Positions 1 through 8,051 of a stretch of DNA of 36,264 bases are shown piece by piece. The stretch is from a virus (taxonomy: Duplodnaviria > Heunggongvirae > Uroviricota > Caudoviricetes), in IMG/VR virus record IMGVR_UViG_2778261165_000017, positions 1 to 36,264 of that record; one strand, 5' to 3'. The notes beneath the pieces were generated by a model. It was not told where the DNA came from. It worked only from the letters and a program-made list of their open reading frames with translations, and did no database searches. A program made the position numbers and the translations under genes. The stretch's first letter is position 1. Every line of letters begins with the position of its first letter.

Positions 1-1020
1 CTACTTACTGACCACAAGCGGCAAATCCAGTGTTGGGGTGATTTTGGTTTTACGATCGTAAATCAACACCTGATTTTCTGTTTTGTGTCCACTGAAAATT
101 TGTTTGTCGCGACTGCTGCCTTCGTAATCTGAAATCCCTTTGGCTTTTATGTCATGGAAGTTGCACCCAAACGGAACGCCGGCTTTTTGCTCGGCTGCAC
201 GTTTAGCCTGATTCCACCAGTTGTTCAGCGTCTTGGCTATTACCTTCCCGCCTTTGGTTGTGTTGATCACATACTCGCATGTGCCGGAAGATACATTTCG
301 GGCTAACTGGATCGCCGTACGTAATCGTGGAGACCATTCCTTGATTTGTTTAGTGCCGGTCTTGTTTTGCTCAATGTAAATCCCTTTATCCATAATATCC
401 TGCCATTTCAGCTCGAGTACATCACCGAGCCTTGCAGCACAAAGATAGGATATCTCCATTGCAATACGTAACTGTGGAATTGCTTCCGCATATATCGCAG
501 CATACTGTTCATCGGTGATGTAAACAGTACGGGCTTTAAGCGTGAATTTTCTGACTCCTTTGCATGGATTATTTTTCACATACCCACGCTCATACCCCCA
601 TCCGTATACACGGCTCAGACTTGCCAGTTCATGGTTTGCCTGGGTCTTACTCTCGAGTCCTCGTTTATCCATGAAAATTCTTACCTGCTCAATTTTTACA
701 TTATCAGCAAGTACTTTTCCGAATACCGCCAGCAATGCCCTTTGATGTTGCTGATAATCTTTTTGGGTTCGGGGTGCCAGTTCTGTAAATGCAGGGGAGT
801 CCATAAACATGTGCCATAATTTAGCGACGGTCATTATGTTGTGAAGTTTTGCTTTTTCCAGTTCATAATTTTGCCAGACTTTAGCCACGCTGGTTTCCCG
901 CACTCTACCGAGTCCTATAGTTCTTGTGCTTCCTTCGGGTTTCCATACGTAACTGTAACCATTCGATCTAACACGTGGTGGCAGTGCATTATCTTTTTTG
1001 TTTTTTCTTGGTCTTCCCAT
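1..1020 (-). CDS. int: Tyrosine integrase, lambda Int-like (339 aa)
   Basis: ORF translation resembles lambda Int as recalled (N-terminal MGR..R, arm-binding region); stop codon at 3..1; GAGG RBS 9 nt upstream of ATG at 1020; first gene of prophage. Confidence 0.9.
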   Translation of the reverse strand: MGRPRKNKKDNALPPRVRSNGYSYVWKPEGSTRTIGLGRVRETSVAKVWQNYELEKAKLHNIMTVAKLWHMFMDSPAFTELAPRTQKDYQQHQRALLAVFGKVLADNVKIEQVRIFMDKRGLESKTQANHELASLSRVYGWGYERGYVKNNPCKGVRKFTLKARTVYITDEQYAAIYAEAIPQLRIAMEISYLCAARLGDVLELKWQDIMDKGIYIEQNKTGTKQIKEWSPRLRTAIQLARNVSSGTCEYVINTTKGGKVIAKTLNNWWNQAKRAAEQKAGVPFGCNFHDIKAKGISDYEGSSRDKQIFSGHKTENQVLIYDRKTKITPTLDLPLVVSK

Positions 1021-1240
1021 TGTTCAGCGCCTCAAAATCGGGTTCAGCAGAAACCAGTTCAGATATTTTCGACATTGCTGTCAGCCCGTGCGGAACATCC
1101 CGGCGAAGAACTATTGGTTCGTTTTTAGGTCCGATTACAAACGGGATGCCGTGCAGCCTTAGCTGATGTTGCTGTCTTGTGTATCGCTCGTATCTCGTGA
1201 TCTCTTGAATCTCTGCTGGCGATAGAGTTAATTCGTACAT
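989..1240 (-). CDS. xis: Putative excisionase (83 aa)
   Basis: Small basic ORF directly upstream of int and overlapping it by 32 nt, as for lambda xis-int; no sequence-level family match confirmed. Confidence 0.55.
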   Translation of the reverse strand: MYELTLSPAEIQEITRYERYTRQQHQLRLHGIPFVIGPKNEPIVLRRDVPHGLTAMSKISELVSAEPDFEALNNGKTKKKQKR

Positions 1241-1306
1241 GTGGTCACGTGCCTTACAGCATGACCGCCGCCAATATAATTTGGAGACGGCGATCAGGGT
1301 TGAACA

Positions 1307-3787
1307 TTAAAAATCAACCGGATTCGGGATCAGTTTTTGCCAGATTGCTGAAACGTATTTTGCCTGGTGACGGGCGTCATCCAGTGCATTGTGGCGCACG
1401 CCTTCGAATGGAATAACGGTTCTGGCATCAAAGTCGATTGTTTTTCCCAGCTCAACGATTGTGCGTACATCGCGATCGTTGTGGTAGCGCCACGGGCAGG
1501 GGATGTCCAGACGTTCGTATGAGGTGCGCAAAATTGCGTTATCGAAAGTTGCACCATTACCCCATACCTGAACGAATTTTTCATCTGAGTATTCGTTGAT
1601 GAACTCCCGAAACCGCGAAAGGGCATCCTTCAGTTTTACCTGGTCTGTTAAAATGGCTGCTCTGGCTTCACTGGACTGCTTCAGCCACCATTCGATGGCT
1701 CCACCGTCAGGAACAGCCCCTGTATTCATTGCGTCAGTCAGACTGATAACGATATAAAATACTGGCCCGATTTCCCCTGTTTGTGGGTCGAAGAAAACCG
1801 CACCAATAACCACGATGGGCGCATTGGTGTTGGCTCCCATCGTCTCAAGGTCGATCATCAGGTGATACCACGTTTTGCTGGTGGACTTATATTTATGATG
1901 GCCGGTCACCACAATTAAGGGATCTGCCGTCTCACCAGTTTCATTATCGCTGGCGTGGTCCTGAGCGCTGCCAGCATTCTCCTTGTGTGGATGTTCAGCG
2001 CCTTCCATTTCCTCCGGATCATTTTCCTGAACTTCAACCTGATTCTCTTCATCGAATGTTTCCTGGTATGTTGCGTCGCCCATCGCCGCGCCACAATCAG
2101 GGCAGTTGCCGCCACCGCTCTGACCGCAGGCGGTGCAGACTTTTTCCGGTTCCTGTTGCGCTACTGGCTCAGGTTGTTTCGTTTCTGGCTCGTTTTGTAA
2201 CGCATTTTGGCTGTTTTGTTCCGCTTTCTGGTCGTTCTGTTCCGATTCTTGCTGGTTCTGGTTTACAGAATCGCGGGTTTCAATCCCCTTCACCCATTTC
2301 GGATCATTCGGGTCGCTAATCCCTGCAACAAATTCTCCGCGAGAGGCAGCAAGCAACTTATCGGCGTCAGGCTGGCTGATATTGGCTGCCTGCATAATTT
2401 TGTTTACTTCGTCAGCGGTAACTTTTACCGGCTCTGGTTGTGCGGTCGTGTCAGATGCACCAGTATTTTGTTGTGAACCTGAGTACGTGCCGTTTTTACG
2501 GGCAAAATATTCTTCTTTCGTGATTTCAGTAGCCCCTGCAGCCAGCGCCTTATTCAGACCAGAAAGTTTGTTTGCACGACCATATTTTTCGCCATCCTTA
2601 TCGGTGAAGAGGAAGTAGAACGGCCCCTCACGCTCTACAGATGGTTCAGTTTCCAGCGCGCTTTCATTTTTTTGGGTATCAGATACTTCAGTTTCCACTG
2701 CATCAGTTTGTGCTGCTGACGGCTGGAGAATATCAGCAGTGCTCTGGTCTGTTTCTTCATCCTCAAACACGCCCTTTGTCGCCAGGTATTCAGTGATGTA
2801 TTTGTTCAGCGCCACGGGATCTTTGTGAATGTCGATCGGACGCTCACGGACAAGGCCAAAAATAGTCTGACGGTCGTAGCGAACGGCATCAGGTTGTTTG
2901 CGCATTGATGCGGAAATACGCTTCCAGTCTTCGCGATCTTTGTCGATAACTTCATTTTTTGCCCAGCGATGGATGCTGCCGTCAATGTTTCCGGCATCAA
3001 TATCACCAGGCCAGAAAGCGTAGGCCAGTTCTTCATCCAGTGTTTTCCATGTCTGCCTGTATTCGCGACGAATGACAGCAGTTACGGAGTCAGTTTTTCC
3101 TGCAGAGTTTTCAGTGCCTTGCCGGTTGACTCTGGCGCGGGCAAGATCGACGACGGAATTATATGCGCCACCTTCTTTGCGCTCCTTTTCCATGCGTTTT
3201 TTACGTTCGAGAAAATACGCCTGAACGTCGGGCCATTTGGCTGTTGGTTTTAAATCACGTCTGGCATCGTTGATGTACTCAATCTGACGCTCTGGATACA
3301 TGGCGTTAATTTCTCTGGTCCGGATAATTGCTTCAGCGAGGTGTCCATCAAAAGTCGTCATCTCGTCATCGCCGAGAAGCCCGCTTGCATTGATGACCAT
3401 ATCCACGGTGATGTTTTCATGTGTACCGAACCTGACAAGGACAGCAGCCCGCTTGTCGTCAGATAACTGATTAAAGTTAACAGTTTCTGTATCCGGTTCA
3501 GGGTCGACCGGAACAAAGGAAGCCGACTCCTCATTCCAGCGGTTTTCCTGCATATATTCGGAATCCCAGGAATCGAGAGCAGGGCGGGCCATGCCGGGTT
3601 TATCCTCGCAGACAAGAAATTTATAAGCACAGTCCTGAGCTTCCGGGTATTGTTCCAGAAATAACCAGCTAAATTTGGCTCTTGCCCGGCGTTCGTCGCC
3701 TGCTTCAATGGCAGTGGCCACAGGTTTAGCGCCTTCTGCTGTTGCCTGTTCGTCCGGAATGGCGGCGCAAATAAAGACTTTACTCAT
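1307..3787 (-). CDS. Large exonuclease, RecE/YdfE-family N-terminal region fused to a DnaQ-like DEDDh 3'-5' exonuclease domain (826 aa)
   Basis: C-terminus carries LMIDLETMG...GAVFF and HNALDDARH motifs typical of DEDDh exonucleases; central CxxC...CxxC cluster (CTACGQSGGGNCPDCG); N-terminus MSKVFICAAIPDE resembles Qin YdfE as recalled. Confidence 0.75.
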   Translation of the reverse strand: MSKVFICAAIPDEQATAEGAKPVATAIEAGDERRARAKFSWLFLEQYPEAQDCAYKFLVCEDKPGMARPALDSWDSEYMQENRWNEESASFVPVDPEPDTETVNFNQLSDDKRAAVLVRFGTHENITVDMVINASGLLGDDEMTTFDGHLAEAIIRTREINAMYPERQIEYINDARRDLKPTAKWPDVQAYFLERKKRMEKERKEGGAYNSVVDLARARVNRQGTENSAGKTDSVTAVIRREYRQTWKTLDEELAYAFWPGDIDAGNIDGSIHRWAKNEVIDKDREDWKRISASMRKQPDAVRYDRQTIFGLVRERPIDIHKDPVALNKYITEYLATKGVFEDEETDQSTADILQPSAAQTDAVETEVSDTQKNESALETEPSVEREGPFYFLFTDKDGEKYGRANKLSGLNKALAAGATEITKEEYFARKNGTYSGSQQNTGASDTTAQPEPVKVTADEVNKIMQAANISQPDADKLLAASRGEFVAGISDPNDPKWVKGIETRDSVNQNQQESEQNDQKAEQNSQNALQNEPETKQPEPVAQQEPEKVCTACGQSGGGNCPDCGAAMGDATYQETFDEENQVEVQENDPEEMEGAEHPHKENAGSAQDHASDNETGETADPLIVVTGHHKYKSTSKTWYHLMIDLETMGANTNAPIVVIGAVFFDPQTGEIGPVFYIVISLTDAMNTGAVPDGGAIEWWLKQSSEARAAILTDQVKLKDALSRFREFINEYSDEKFVQVWGNGATFDNAILRTSYERLDIPCPWRYHNDRDVRTIVELGKTIDFDARTVIPFEGVRHNALDDARHQAKYVSAIWQKLIPNPVDF

Positions 3788-3867
3788 TTTGTTTTAACCT
3801 CATTACAGATTTAAGGGTGAACAAATCCCTGCCATTGCTGGCATATAAAAATGAAATCGGATATTAA

Positions 3868-4071
3868 TTACGGTGCTGTTTTAAGTCCTGCCGGGATTTC
3901 GTTATTGTCCATATGAATAACTTTATCGACCGGATAACAGTTACCGGGAATTTTTTGCTCTGCCGCGGCAGTCATGCATTCTTCCATTGAGTCATGTATG
4001 TCAATAACAAGATCAATCGGTTCACCAGAAACAAAAAAAACAGTCAGAACGAGTACAAATGCCGTATTCAT
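3868..4071 (-). CDS. YdfD-like small membrane protein (67 aa)
   Basis: ATGA start/stop overlap with the upstream dicB-like gene; N-terminal hydrophobic helix (AFVLVLTVFFV); position after dicB matches the Qin dicB operon. Start could alternatively be 4080. Confidence 0.5.
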   Translation of the reverse strand: MNTAFVLVLTVFFVSGEPIDLVIDIHDSMEECMTAAAEQKIPGNCYPVDKVIHMDNNEIPAGLKTAP

Positions 4072-4256
4072 TGCCTGCATCCTGTTTGCATCAGACGTAA
4101 ACGGGCCAGCATCGAAACAATGCATATTTTATTTAGCAGTTCCTGTTCGTGTTTTCTTTTATTAATGGCATCTTCAGTAAATATCTGATTGCTGATAGTG
4201 ACACCAATTTCAAAACAACCTTCAGACGTATTAACGTTTGGTAATAACGTTTCCAT
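4068..4256 (-). CDS. dicB: DicB-like cell-division inhibitor (62 aa)
   Basis: Translation METLLPNVNTSEGCFEIGVTISN...KICIVSMLARLRLM matches DicB as recalled (62 aa); GAGGA RBS 9 nt upstream; lies 175 nt downstream of DicF. Confidence 0.7.
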   Translation of the reverse strand: METLLPNVNTSEGCFEIGVTISNQIFTEDAINKRKHEQELLNKICIVSMLARLRLMQTGCRQ

Positions 4257-4430
4257 TATCGCGTCCTCAACAATGAATTTTGTGATGCGGTGCCTGGTGC
4301 CTCCAGGTGACGTTAACCAGTTAACAATTAACGCCGGATACAGAGAATCCACCCATAACACTGTTTTTAGCTTTAACTGTTCCGCGTGCGCTTAGCCGCA
4401 TTCACCGCATCACAAAATTCACTTTAAAAA

Positions 4431-4483
4431 GGGCGGCAGAGCAGTCACGGAGTAAAACTGATACCGCCAAACGCCACCAGAAA
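4431..4483 (-). ncRNA. dicF: DicF small RNA (53 nt) with U-tail at 4426..4430
   Basis: Minus-strand sequence TTTCTGGTGGCGTTTGGCGGTATCAGTTTTACTCCGTGACTGCTCTGCCGCCC followed by TTTTT matches DicF as recalled, with one difference near the 5' end. Confidence 0.75.
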
Positions 4484-4816
4484 ATTGATAACAGAGGGCG
4501 TTGTAGCGGGGTTGTCACTTAAGCGTATGGTCAACCTGACAACCCGGTGTCCTCAACGGGGAAGGAATAACCCCGCCATACTTACCGCCGCGCCATTTCG
4601 CGGAGTGCCACAACCGGAAGCGCACGGTCGACGAAAATTTAACGACAGGCTATCTATGAACCAGCAACCTCGCCGTGCGCTTTCGCGTTATGCTCTGACT
4701 TTTCAGAGAAATATCCTTTCAGTAAACTGTCAGTGCCGGATGTTCACCCGTGTCCGGCGCACGCACTCCACTTCACCCGTGGAGAACTCCTTAATTACCA
4801 ACCCTCAGGAGGGTGA

Positions 4817-5050
4817 ATGTTAAAATCAACTCTTATTGCTAAATGCCTTTATCAAAATCGCATGGTAAGCAGCATTTCAATAGGCGAGTCTGCAGTTAAA
4901 AGTATTTTCGAAGAGTACTTTCCCGGGCATGATTTTAATAAATGGAATACCAAATTACCGCCAGCAGTTTCAACGCGTATTCTGAAAGCAACTGAAAGAG
5001 CAAGTACAATTCGCGTTAACTATTTCATTAAAGATTTGTGGGATCTTTGA
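4817..5050 (+). CDS. Hypothetical protein (77 aa), opposite strand to the dicB operon
   Basis: Strong RBS AGGAGG 4 nt before ATG; low-GC segment; 3' end overlaps the convergent 135-aa gene by 23 nt. Confidence 0.5.
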   Translation: MLKSTLIAKCLYQNRMVSSISIGESAVKSIFEEYFPGHDFNKWNTKLPPAVSTRILKATERASTIRVNYFIKDLWDL

Positions 5051-5435
5051 TATCCACAGAGCCTAAAGTATGTGCATATGGATGTGCTATTGTGCGCCCT
5101 CGCAGATTTGCATCATTTTCTAAATTCACTGAACGAAACAGGGCATCAACAAGGCTCTGTACAATGCAAAGGCAATCGAAGACTGTCGCCGTTTCTGTTT
5201 TGATTGATGAAAGAACATGGCCATTCACGCAAACAGAAATTACCCGTTTATTAACATCGCTTTCCTGCTTTTGATTATCAGAACCATATAGCCCAGAAAA
5301 AGCATTGCGCACATTACGAACCATATTATCGATGGTTTCTTTTTTGGTGTATGCCGGGTCAATTTTCACCAGACTATCACCGAGAGTCGTTGCAGCAATT
5401 GTCTGGATTTCTTTTGGTAAATCTTTAAATTCCAT
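5028..5435 (-). CDS. Hypothetical protein (135 aa)
   Basis: AAGAGG RBS before ATG at 5435; 21 nt downstream of the ydfC-like gene; low GC; no family recognised. Confidence 0.6.
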   Translation of the reverse strand: MEFKDLPKEIQTIAATTLGDSLVKIDPAYTKKETIDNMVRNVRNAFSGLYGSDNQKQESDVNKRVISVCVNGHVLSSIKTETATVFDCLCIVQSLVDALFRSVNLENDANLRGRTIAHPYAHTLGSVDIKDPTNL

Positions 5436-5456
5436 TATTAGCCTCTTGGTTAGCTA

Positions 5457-5675
5457 TTAACGTGGGTATGTAATCATTCTGGCAATGCTTAGTGCCGCTG
5501 CTTTTTCCAGATTGGTGATATCCTGCTCCAGAGCGGACAGATTTTCAGCCTGCTTAGCCCTGGCTTCATTAGCCCATTTCAGATCCTGCGCTGCATTAAT
5601 TTTCTGGCGCATCCACTCATAAAGTTCATCATCGGTATAGTCTGGCGAGATGATGACGGGTTCTCGTTTCTGCAT
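5457..5675 (-). CDS. YdfC-like protein (72 aa)
   Basis: GAGGA RBS 7 nt upstream; length and position match ydfC of the Qin dicB operon; sequence identity not verified. Confidence 0.55.
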   Translation of the reverse strand: MQKREPVIISPDYTDDELYEWMRQKINAAQDLKWANEARAKQAENLSALEQDITNLEKAAALSIARMITYPR

Positions 5676-5704
5676 ACTGATTCCTCGCGGTGCTGCTTCG
5701 CTTA

Positions 5705-5833
5705 TCAGCCGTTAGATTTTGCCGAGCTGGAAAGCGCCTGTTTAAACTCACTGAAGCTGAGAGCTTCTTCGCCTTCGGCAAGGCCTTCGAAGTATTCTTC
5801 GTAAGCCTTTTCCATGATTGTGTCGAAATCCAT
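5705..5833 (-). CDS. YdfB-like acidic small protein (42 aa)
   Basis: Hand-translated ORF MDFDTIMEKAYEEYFEGLAEGEEALSFSEFKQALSSSAKSNG, below the 60-aa cutoff of the ORF track; start 2 nt after the upstream gene stop; length matches YdfB (42 aa). Confidence 0.5.
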   Translation of the reverse strand: MDFDTIMEKAYEEYFEGLAEGEEALSFSEFKQALSSSAKSNG

Positions 5834-5834
5834 A

Positions 5835-5990
5835 TCACTCACCTGAGTTTCTTTCCAGCCAGCGACGGGCACCATTTTCGGTTTTAAACGTTTTGCTTTT
5901 GGTATACGTCATCGCGGTGAATGTGCCGTCCTGGTTGGGAAACACGCCGTACACCAGAGATTCATTGTTGCCAAGATCGATAGTATCCAT
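5835..5990 (-). CDS. YdfA-like protein (51 aa)
   Basis: Internal Met of the 80-aa ORF with GAGG RBS 5-6 nt upstream; 51 aa as for YdfA; the longer form 5835..6077 is possible. Confidence 0.5.
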   Translation of the reverse strand: MDTIDLGNNESLVYGVFPNQDGTFTAMTYTKSKTFKTENGARRWLERNSGE

Positions 5991-6175
5991 GCTGACCTCA
6001 TTTCCCCTTAACGCCGGGGTAGCGGAACTAAAAAACTGCTGCGCTGTTATATAAAGTGTTCCCGCCGTCATGTTCATACGCCTCGGGCTGGCTACTTACC
6101 CCCTGACCACTGCTTGGTAACTCGAAGTATTGCCCGGCGTTCTGTGGGGCGGGGTGGGTTGGTGAAATAAGAATG

Positions 6176-6210
6176 CACTTTTAAAGTTATGATGTCAACA
6201 CTTATAAAGT
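6176..6210. promoter_or_regulatory. Left operator-like repeats (CACTTTTAAAGT and ACACTTATAAAGT) with a TTGACA on the minus strand
   Basis: Motifs are reverse-complement relatives of those between repressor and cro; the TTGACA (minus, 6199..6194) would be a -35 for the leftward dicB-type operon. Confidence 0.45.
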
Positions 6211-6273
6211 TAGATTCATGCAATAAAAAACCGCCTCCATGTGAAGCAGTTTTGTGAAAAAAGAGGAAGGGGA

Positions 6274-6555
6274 TTACCTAGGAAATTGGCGTCTGGCGTG
6301 GGCGACGCTCACAATTTCAATACTTGAAGTGGCCACACGGTACAGAATGATATAGTTAGGGTGAGCTACAATCTCGCGCAACCCAGACACTCTGTCGCTT
6401 GATGGGTATAAGTACGGATGTTCGGATAAAGCTAAAACACATGTCTCAATGCGAATTTTTAGTCTACGTGCGGCATGGAGATTTTCTTTTGCAATATAGG
6501 CTACGATCTGACGTAAATCATCACGCGCAGAAGGTAGCCATAAGATGGGCAGCAT
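6274..6555 (-). CDS. ParE/RelE-family toxin (93 aa)
   Basis: Translation MLPILWLPSARDDLRQIVAYI...YRV...IEIVSVAHARR has the typical ParE/RelE fold signature; start overlaps the antitoxin stop. Confidence 0.8.
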   Translation of the reverse strand: MLPILWLPSARDDLRQIVAYIAKENLHAARRLKIRIETCVLALSEHPYLYPSSDRVSGLREIVAHPNYIILYRVATSSIEIVSVAHARRQFPR

Positions 6556-6746
6556 CACACACTCCCGTTAGTCGCAGAAATTTGGGCAATGAGATTTTCT
6601 ATTTCTGCCATTGCCTCATCATGGGGAATTGCAGGGCGCGGATCTGCAAGACTTGCAGCTACTTTTGTACGCAGCCATTCGTTGTAGCTGTTTTCTTGCT
6701 CAATGGTTTCAAATTCAGAAACTATAGGCGAAAGAGCAGTGTTCAT
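6555..6746 (-). CDS. Cognate antitoxin (ParD-like, 63 aa)
   Basis: Small acidic ORF immediately upstream of and overlapping the toxin; GGAG RBS 8 nt upstream; 30 nt downstream of the repressor stop. Confidence 0.7.
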   Translation of the reverse strand: MNTALSPIVSEFETIEQENSYNEWLRTKVAASLADPRPAIPHDEAMAEIENLIAQISATNGSV

Positions 6747-6776
6747 AACATATCTCCGTTTGGCTTATGATGGCGA

Positions 6777-7184
6777 CTACGCTCGGTGCCCTTTCTGGGC
6801 CGCGAGCCATCTTGCAACAGTGCGATCCATTGACTCTTTTTTGTCTTTCATGTCTTTAAGCATTTGTTCCTGATCTTCCTCTGGAAATGCTCCGAATGTT
6901 TGAAGCAGTTCCCTTTGTCTGGGGCCTATTTTCATGGTATCTGGCACCACAACTTGCTCTTCTTCGCTTGGCGGTAACATAAACCAATACGGGGGAAAGC
7001 CCGTTACGTCTGAAAGTTTATCAAGATTAGCAGTCGATGGACTTGTAATGCCATGAACCCACTTTTGGACTGACTGCTGGGCAACACCTATCCTGCGGGC
7101 TAGCTCTGCCTGCTTAAGTCCTGTTTTTTCCAGCACCAATTTTATTCGGTACGTAGTTATTTCAAGGGTGGTCATTCGCTTCAT
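6777..7184 (-). CDS. Prophage repressor, DicA/RacR-like HTH protein (135 aa)
   Basis: N-terminal HTH (LKQAELARRIGVAQQSVQKWVHG); same length and C-terminal pattern as DicA; divergent from the cro-like gene; no S24 peptidase domain; no obvious SD before the ATG. Confidence 0.8.
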   Translation of the reverse strand: MKRMTTLEITTYRIKLVLEKTGLKQAELARRIGVAQQSVQKWVHGITSPSTANLDKLSDVTGFPPYWFMLPPSEEEQVVVPDTMKIGPRQRELLQTFGAFPEEDQEQMLKDMKDKKESMDRTVARWLAAQKGHRA

Positions 7185-7202
7185 GCATTCATTTTACATA
7201 AA

Positions 7203-7264
7203 AAAAGTGTAACTAGCACAATCAGCTTAAAAGTGTTGATAATATAACTTTAAAAGTGTATAAA
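7203..7264. promoter_or_regulatory. Right operator region: three AAAAGTGT-type sites and a rightward promoter (-35 TTGATA 7236..7241, -10 TATAAA 7259..7264)
   Basis: Sites at 7203..7210, 7226..7238 and 7247..7259; the third lies in the 17-bp promoter spacer. Confidence 0.55.
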
Positions 7265-7291
7265 TCATGGCAATTCACGGGAGTTAACAAT

Positions 7292-7558
7292 ATGCATGAA
7301 TGTTTAAAAAAGAAAATTCACAAAAGAGGGTTATCCCAAGCAGGCGTTGCTCGCTTGATTGGATTGCCGCAACAGGTTGTATCTCGATGGGCTAATGGTC
7401 ATCAGGTTCCTGCGTCAAGGGTTCTACAACTGTGTGAGATTATGCAGTGGGAGGTTACTCCTCACGAACTCCGCCCTGATATTTACCCCAATCCAACCGA
7501 CGGCTTGCCTTCTGAGTTTAAGGCTAACACACAACCAGCTGCGGGAGTTGATTCATGA
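7292..7558 (+). CDS. Cro-like HTH regulator (YdaS-type, 88 aa)
   Basis: HTH LSQAGVARLIGLPQQVVSRW; GGGAG RBS 9 nt upstream of ATG 7292; divergent from repressor. Confidence 0.7.
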   Translation: MHECLKKKIHKRGLSQAGVARLIGLPQQVVSRWANGHQVPASRVLQLCEIMQWEVTPHELRPDIYPNPTDGLPSEFKANTQPAAGVDS

Positions 7559-7980
7559 AAATCAAGCATGAACACATCCGCATGGCGATGAATGCCTGGG
7601 CGCATCCGGACGGCGAAAAAGTACCGGCTGCGAAAATTACCAAAGCGTATTTCGAGCTGGGTATGACGTTCCCTGAACTGCATGACGACAGCAAACACAA
7701 CGCGCTTTATCTCAATACCCAGAAAATTTTCCGCTGGGTAGAGAAAGACACCCCTGATGCAGTTGAAAAAATTCAGGCGTTGTTACCAGCGATCGAAAAG
7801 GCAATGCCACCTTTGCTGGTGGCCAGAATGCGCAGCCACAGTTCAGCTTATTTTCGGGAGCTGGTGGAGACGCGGGAGCGACTGGTGAGAGACGCTGATG
7901 ATTTTGTCGCAGTGGCAATCGCCGGTTTCAATCAGATGAACCGTGGTGGCCCGGCAGGAAATTCTGTGGCAGTACATTGA
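7555..7980 (+). CDS. YdaT-like protein (CII-position, 141 aa)
   Basis: Starts MKIKHEHI as YdaT of Rac is recalled to; ATGA overlap with the cro-like gene. Confidence 0.55.
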   Translation: MKIKHEHIRMAMNAWAHPDGEKVPAAKITKAYFELGMTFPELHDDSKHNALYLNTQKIFRWVEKDTPDAVEKIQALLPAIEKAMPPLLVARMRSHSSAYFRELVETRERLVRDADDFVAVAIAGFNQMNRGGPAGNSVAVH

Positions 7981-8051
7981 CTGACAATAGCCATATCGAA
8001 TCGCTTCCGGCAACTCGTGAGTAAAAAGATTCGGTATCAGAAGAGGTGAGT

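Noticed and set aside
542-1166. Plus-strand ORFs inside the integrase gene
   Set aside because: Antisense to int, which has a clear family match; no RBS.
1955-2618. Several plus-strand ORFs (81-161 aa) inside the exonuclease gene
   Set aside because: Overlapping shadow frames antisense to the 826-aa gene; repetitive Phe/Leu/Cys-rich translations.
4485-4823. 112-aa plus-strand ORF
   Set aside because: TTG start, no RBS, Arg-rich low-complexity product; it lies on the opposite strand of the GC-rich structured leader just upstream of DicF.
5991-6273. Lambda N-like antiterminator at the head of the leftward operon
   Set aside because: No small Arg-rich ORF with an N-terminal ARM is present; the first gene is YdfA-like. 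The 80-aa long form 5835..6077 has no ARM motif.
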